Source: Mobula hypostoma (Eukaryota). Taken from it: a stretch of DNA of 64,000 nucleotides. Location: the NCBI RefSeq assembly GCF_963921235.1, contig NC_086109.1, positions 2,604,001 to 2,668,000 on the forward strand, given 5' to 3'. Shown here piece by piece: positions 58,034-64,000 of this stretch (position 1 is its first letter; every line of letters starts with the position of its first letter). The position numbers and the translations under genes are program-made. The notes beneath the pieces are model-generated. The model ran no database searches and was not told the DNA's origin. It was given only the letters and a program-made list of their open reading frames with translations.

Positions 58034-58889
58034 CTCCCCGTCACCTCGTCCCTTCTCCCCATCCCCATCATGCTCTTCCTCTCCACTCCTCCCTCCTCAT
58101 TCCTCTCCTCCCCTTCCTTCCCTCTCCCTACCTGCCTCTCCTGTCTCCTGTTCTGACCCCCCACCACCACACACAGATGGGTGGGTCGGTTGAATGGAAG
58201 GCAGAGGGGATGAGGTACGGAATACGGAGGGAGGAAGGCAGAGGGACAGTTGGGGGTGGACAGTGGAGGAAGGGATGTCAAAGGTCAGAGGGATGGAGAG
58301 GAGGCAGGAGAGTGGAGAGGAGGGAAAGGTACGGAGTGTGGATGGGGAGAGGTGTGAGGATACTCGGAGTTATCGAAGGGGCAAGAGAAGGAGAGCATGA
58401 AATCTGGGGGGGAGGGGAGGGAGGGAAGAATATACTGGGAGGGGTAGCAGGGAGGGTGGGCAGAGTGAGGGAAGGCAGGAGGCAGAGAAAGGAGCGGGTT
58501 TGTCGGGGAAGCACAGGGGGATCTGAGGTGGTGAGATACACGGACCTGGAGCAGAGCAGGTGAGACACAGGGAGAGGACGACAGGGGAGCTGGTGCAGGT
58601 GGGAGACAGAGTGGGGCAGTTGGGAAGACGGGTGGATTTGGAGATTGGAGGAAAGAGAGGAAGGGAAAATAAAGGAGTGGGATTTTAGGGTGGTGAGATA
58701 AAGGGACTGTAGAGTGAAACCAGTAGGGGAGAATGATGCAGGATTGGGACCAGAGGGAGCCTGTGCCTGCCCATTTATTTCGGGAAACTATGGAACCATT
58801 CCTGAAACAATAGGACTGCAAGACCTTTCCCAAAGGATGGCACAACATCCTGGTAGCTGCCAAGCAACACTGATCATTCTGTGGGGAGA

Positions 58890-60700
58890 CGGGAATCTGC
58901 AGATGATGTACGATCTGCAACAGACAATCTGCTGGAGAAACTCAACGGTTGGCCAGAATTTGTGGAGGGAAATGGACTGCCAACATTTCGCGATGAGACC
59001 CTTCACCGGACTGATAGAGGGAGAGTGGTCAATATAAAGAGAGAGTGGGAGGAGGAGATGACATGTGGATCCAGATTATTGGATGATAGGCAGAACGAGG
59101 AAAGGAGAAGTGAAATAGTGAAAAGGCTGGGAGGTGACAGGTGGAGTGAGCAGATGAGAAGAGAGTGGGTGGGGACCTGGTGGGAGAAGTGGGGCAGATG
59201 GAGAACATGGAGAAAGAGGAAGAGGGAAATAAATAGATTGATAGGTGGCAGCGAGTGTATGCTGGGTGTAGGAGGAACTGGGAAGATTAGGTGGGAAAAA
59301 GAAAAGGAACAGAGTGGGGGCAGTTTATCTGAGATTGGCATGTACATGATTGAATTCTCCATTGGGTTGTAAACTACCCAGGCAGAACACAAGGCGCTGC
59401 TTCTCTTGTTGTGTTTGGCCTCATCCTGGCAGATGAACGAGGCGAAGGACATCCATGTCATTATGAGAATGGAGACAGGAATTAAAATTGCTCAAATCTG
59501 TGAGCTCCAGATAGCACTGGTGCGTGGACTGCAAGTGCTGAGTCTCGCCAATGCAGAGCAGAGCACGACGAGAGCACTGACTGCTTCAGACAAGGTCAGA
59601 GGAGGGGCTTGTGAATGTCTGCCTCATCTGGAAGGTGATGAGGGAGGGAGGAGGTGTAGGGACAAGTATTACACCTCCCACAGTCACACAGCATAGTGTC
59701 TGGGGAGGGGGAGAGATGAGTGAGGTGGGGAATCATGGAGAGAGTGATGATATGGAAATCAGCAAGGGGTCAGGGAATTGGGGAGGTGGGGTAGTGCAGG
59801 GATCACGCTGCAGTTGACAGGAGTGGTAGGTGATGTGTTGCATTCCTGGACTGGTTGGATGTAAGAACTCCCTCTCTGTTCTGTCTTGGCTGAGAGAAGG
59901 TGAGTTGAGATGTACAAGGGAGGAGATGTGGGTGTCCTCTGACAGAGTGTTGGTGGGTGGTGGTGGGGGCAGTTCTTCAAGAAGGAGGATCACAGACATC
60001 CTGTACTGGAAGGCCTCATCTCAAGTACAGTAGGAATCCACAAACTGCGAGAGCAATGGAGTCCGAACAAGGGACATGGTGGGAGGAGGTGTGGTCTAAG
60101 TAGCTGTGGAAGTCAGTAAGTTCAAAGTAAATGTCTCCAGAGACAGAGGCAGTGATCAAGAAAGGGGAGAAAGGTGTCAGAAATAGAATTTGAAGGGTGG
60201 GGGTGGAAGTTAGTTGGGACATTAATGAAATTGCGTTCCAGATCGGTGCAGGAATTGTCACCTGTGCAGTTATCAATGAGGAAGAGTTGGGGAGAGATGT
60301 CTGGGTAGGTTTGGAAGAAAGTTCGTTTCATATAGCCAGAGAAAAGGCAGCCATAGCTGGGGCCAATTCCAGTGCCGTGGCTGCACATTTAATCTCCAGG
60401 CAACGACGTTGTTGATCATGAGCACTCGTGCCTGGTGGAGGAGGGTGTTAGTCGAGGAGAACTGTCTGGATCTGTGTTTTGGAAAGAAATGGAAAGGCCT
60501 TACGCCTCCCTGATGGGGGATGTCAGTCCAGGGTGAAGGTGAGGCAGTGGAGGGCAGGGAATCCGAAGTTGTTGGAATGGTGGGGAACTGCGAGGTATGC
60601 TGGATGTAGGTGGGTAGGTGGGTCTGTGGTGGTCTTCCCGGTTTCTCTGTAAATACCACACCTCTCTAAATCTGGATAAAGCAAACTATCAGAGGCAGGC
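58890..60700 (-). mobile_element. Penelope-like element, degenerate
   Basis: Penelope-type tail and decayed hammerhead at ~58980-59015. ORF 60122-60388 HGTGIGPSYGCLFSGYM resembles the Penelope RT (GTxMGPSYAxLFxG). Confidence 0.7.
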
Positions 60701-60740
60701 ACTGTGAGATGGCTCCGGTAAAGTGGGAAACGACTTTCAA

Positions 60741-60849
60741 GCAACACACATCAAAGTTGCTGGTGAACGCAGCAGGCCAGGCAGCATCTCTGGGAAGAGG
60801 TACAGTCGACGTTTCAGGCTGAGACCCTTCGTCAGGACTCCAGACGTTC
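60741..60849 (-). mobile_element. 109-bp Penelope-derived mini-element with 13-bp TSD
   Basis: AAACGACTTTCAA at 60728-60740 and 60850-60862. The insert is a hammerhead plus the Penelope tail. Confidence 0.9.
60804..60839 (-). ncRNA. Minimal type I hammerhead ribozyme, best-preserved copy
   Basis: AGTC-CTGACGA-A-GGGTCTCAGCCT-GAAAC-GTC-GACT: intact core, GUC site, palindromic ACGT stem III, stem I AGTC/GACT. Confidence 0.82.
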
Positions 60850-61059
60850 AAACGACTTTCAAAATAACTTTAAAATGTACAGTACAATCAGATGTTAAAT
60901 TTAGCATCACGATGTTGCTTTTCGTAGACTTCAGTTGCAATACATTGGAAAATGGTGTTTGACAAATGTCGAATCTGATAATAATGAAATATTGAAATAC
61001 CCCATGTAGTTTCTGTAGCAGTTACACTTCATTCTGCATTGTCGCGCAAGAGATTCTGC

Positions 61060-61480
61060 AGATGCTGGAAATATTCAGGAAAATCGCAGACAGGAGCCCG
61101 CACGACCGGGACACTCAGATTGCCAGGTCGAAAGCACCTCTCTCCTTGGTCGGTGCCTGGCCGCACGGCCGGATGAGTTTGAAGGCTCCCGGTGCTCTCG
61201 CTGCTTCCCGCTTGAGTCGGCTACGTACCCGCGGTACCGCTGCTCAGCTCAGTATGGAGGCGAGATGGCTGCGGTGTTCCGGGGCCGACTGAGGGTCTTT
61301 TCCTCAGCCTCGTTGTCGCGGGCAGGGGGTCACAGGCCGGTAGGGCAGAGTGACGGGAGGCTCCGGAGACGGCAGCTGCCGGAGGAGCTCAGCGGGTCGG
61401 ACAGCGCCCGTCCTTGCCGCTTCGCTGTCAAATCCCTTCGAGGAATGGCTGCTCTGGAGAGGTTTTACTGCTCTCTCCGC
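61060..61480. promoter_or_regulatory. CpG-rich patch, probable promoter and first exon
   Basis: Abrupt high CpG density against a CpG-poor background. Contains the ATG at 61265. Confidence 0.55.
61265..61339 (+). CDS. Putative first coding exon of a neighbouring gene, mitochondrial presequence-like
   Basis: GAGATGG Kozak. MAAVFRGRLRVFSSASLSRAGGHRP is Arg/Ser/Ala-rich with no acidic residues. Donor CCG|GTAGGG, phase 0. Confidence 0.5.
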
Positions 61481-61607
61481 TGGGAGTTTTGTGAGACCCT
61501 CCCTCACTGTTCCCCTTCTGTCATTTCTGACTGTACTCTATATTGGTTTCCTTCACTTTCCTGTGTTTTCTTTCTTGTGGACTAATGGTGGGTGGGTGAT
61601 CTATTCA

Positions 61608-62602
61608 CACTGGGCAAAAAGAAATTTTCAAGACTGTTGCTTCCTCAGAATTTTTTTTGTTTATGATAGACTGCTTGAAGATGAACACAAATATAATTTC
61701 AGACTACTTGCATCACGTAGGAGTTAGGAGAAACAACAAATTAACTTTTATTGAATATAATGTTTTTAATTGCATAATGGTGCTGATGCTTTGCAAGAAT
61801 TCAACTAAGTTAAAAATATTTTGTTAATGATTTTCATTTGTACTCAGTGTCTGAGGCTTCTCGCTTGTGTCCAACAATAATTCACCAGCATTGATGGATT
61901 CCAGTTGCCCTGGTATCTTTTCTGCATGACCGCAATGTCCTGGTGAAACCTTTCACCAGGCTCGTCACTAACAGCACCAAGATTTGTAGGGAACAAGTCT
62001 AAATGGGAATGTAGAAAATGAATCTTTAGTGACATATTGCATTTCATGGTTTTATATGCTTGAAGCATGCTTTCAACCAAGCAACATGTAGTTTGGTGCT
62101 CTGTAGATGCCGAGAAAAATTTCAACAATTTCCTTAAATGCCTTCCATGTGATTTTCTCCGGTCCCACTAGAAATTCTTCAAATTGCCTGTCATTGATGA
62201 CCTGTTTCATTTGTGGACCAACAAAAATGCTTTCCTTAATCTTGGCATCAGTTATTCTGGGAAGCATCTGTCTCAAATATCATAATCCTTCATAGAAATT
62301 TTTGTGCCTGGTGATAGCAAATTCCAACCTTACAGTCCTGAACCCAATAACTATTACTAAAACCTGTCCTGCCATGCAGCAGACACGGTGCCCAAGCATG
62401 CCTGGATAAGATAGGAAACTTTCCAGCTTACATTGTAGGCAACATTTTAATTGACTTGAATTATGAATTGAAATAATAAACATAAATTTATTAAAAAATG
62501 GTGTGTGATAGGGAAATTTCATGGTGATTTTCATGATCAGTAGCCGAAAATTCATAAGATACACCTAAAGTATTCAGGAAGCAACATCTTTGTTTTCCAG
62601 TG
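61608..62602 (-). mobile_element. Internally deleted DNA transposon, Chapaev3-like (CMC group)
   Basis: Termini CACTG...CAGTG, with imperfect TIRs sharing CACTGG and TGTTGCTTCCT. Transposase C-terminus MSLKIHFLHSHLD...SDEPGERFHQDI...RYQG. Flanks TCA/TAA. Confidence 0.7.
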
Positions 62603-62744
62603 TAATTTTTGTGTGAGAGAGAGGTTGGGGGTTTGTTACTACTGTCACTGTTTGTTTCTGCGAGTGAGGGGTTCGGGGACTGTTATTGTGGCTGTTTTTG
62701 CTGTGGGGGCGATTTTGAGGTCTGCGAGTCCTGTTTCTTTTTTA

Positions 62745-64000
62745 GAACATAATATAAGAACATAAGAAATAGGAGCAGGAGTCAGCCATCCAGCCCATCG
62801 AGCCTGCCCCGCCATTCAATAAAATCATGGCTGATCTGTCCGTAAACTCAGCTCCATCTACCTGCTTTTTCCCCATAACCCTTAATTCCCTTACAATGTA
62901 AACATCTGTCTAACTGCATCTTGAATGGTTAAGTGAATAAGCCTCAACTGCTTCCCTGGGCAGAGAATTCCACAGATTCACTACTCTCTGGGAAATACAG
63001 TTTCTCCTCATCTCTATCCTAAATCTTCTCCCCTGAATCTTGAGGCAAAGTCCCCTAGTTCTAGTCTCACCTTCCAATGGAAACAACTTTTCTACTTCTA
63101 TATTATCTATCCCTTTCAAAATTTTGTATGTTTCTATAAGATCCCCTCTCATTCTTCTAAATTCCAGAAAGTATAGTCCCAGGCGACTTAATCTCTCCTC
63201 ATAAGTTAACCCCTTCATCCCTGGAATCAACCTGGTAAACCTCCTTTGCACTGCCTCCAAAGCCAGTATAACCTTCCTCAAGTATGGAGACCAGAACTGC
63301 ACACAGTACTCCAGGTGCGGCCTCACCAGTACCCTGTATAGTTGCAACATGACCTCCCTGCTCTTGATTTCAATCTCTCTAGCAATGGCCAACATTCCGT
63401 TTGCCTTCTTAATAACTTGTTGTACCTGCAAGCCAACTTTTGCGATTCATGAACAAGCGCTCCCAAGTCCCTCTGCACAACAGCATGCTGCAATATTTCA
63501 CCATTTAAATAATAATCTGCTCTTCTATTATTCCTTCCAAAGTGGATGATTTCGCATTTACCAACGTTGTATTCCATCTGCCAGAACTTGACCCACTCAC
63601 TTAACCTATCAATATCCCTCTGCAGACTCTCCACATCCTCTGTACAATTTGCTTTTCCACTCAGTTTAGTGTCATCAGCAAATGTTGCTACGCTACACTC
63701 AGTCCCCTCTTCCAAACCATCAATTGAAATGGTAAACAGCTGCGGACCCAGCACCAACCCCTGCGGCACCCCACTCACCACTGACTGCCAACCGGAGAAA
63801 CACCCATTTATACCAACTCTCTGCCTTCTATTGGTTAACCAATCCACTGTCCATGCCAATACACTTCCTCCGACTCCATACATCCGTATCTTACTTATAA
63901 GTCTCTTGTGCAGCACCTTATCGAACGCCTTCTCGAATTCCAAGTATATGACATCCACCTGTTCCCCTCTATCCACTGCACTCATTATGTCCTCAAAGAA
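62745..64000 (-). mobile_element. CR1 LINE 3' part, runs off the window end
   Basis: ORFs 63323-63985 (VPQGLVLGP, FADD) and 62910-63431. (TTCTTATG)-type tail at ~62745-62768. Confidence 0.92.

Larger units (their letters stand above)
43665..58900 (+). repeat. Partial tandem duplicate of ~31270-39100 (intron 2 through 3' UTR), expanded by later insertions
   Basis: Collinear blocks: 43665-44500 with 31272-32170, 46770-47600 with 33920-34750, 53095-53963 with 35005-35862, and 55611-58900 with 35863-39100. Confidence 0.92.

Overview
Repeat-dense vertebrate genomic DNA, inferred from its repeat families to be a cartilaginous fish, probably a ray. There are no prokaryotic features. The core is a CD2/SLAM-family immunoglobulin receptor locus on the + strand. 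One complete, frame-consistent 5-exon gene can be assembled by eye: leader 17918-17972, Cys-free V domain 27920-28243, C2 domain 36138-36425, TM 37565-37663 and short tyrosine-free tail 38252-38301, about 271 aa in total. A second intact C2-TM-tail cassette (55884-58033) has no leader or V exon of its own, but is splice-phase compatible with the single V exon. Decayed paralog relics lie at 12050-16305 (+), 4118-4319 (-) and 27150-27595 (-). The last forms a 139-bp, ~91% inverted repeat covering the V-exon splice donor. The probable first exon of a neighbouring gene sits in a CpG-rich patch at 61.1-61.5 kb. The rest is mostly transposon-derived: many CR1 and Rex1/L2-type LINE pieces, a young 5'-truncated L1 with intact ORF2 and a 17-bp TSD, an RNase H-bearing I/Nimb-like LINE fragment, Penelope-like elements carrying minimal hammerhead ribozyme motifs (including ~100-bp mini-insertions with TSDs), a V-SINE, Tc1 and Chapaev-like DNA transposon relics, LTR-like pieces and two minisatellites. 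Most short ORFs in the track are TE fragments or low-complexity artefacts. All identities are hand counts and all family names come from motif recognition, not database searches.
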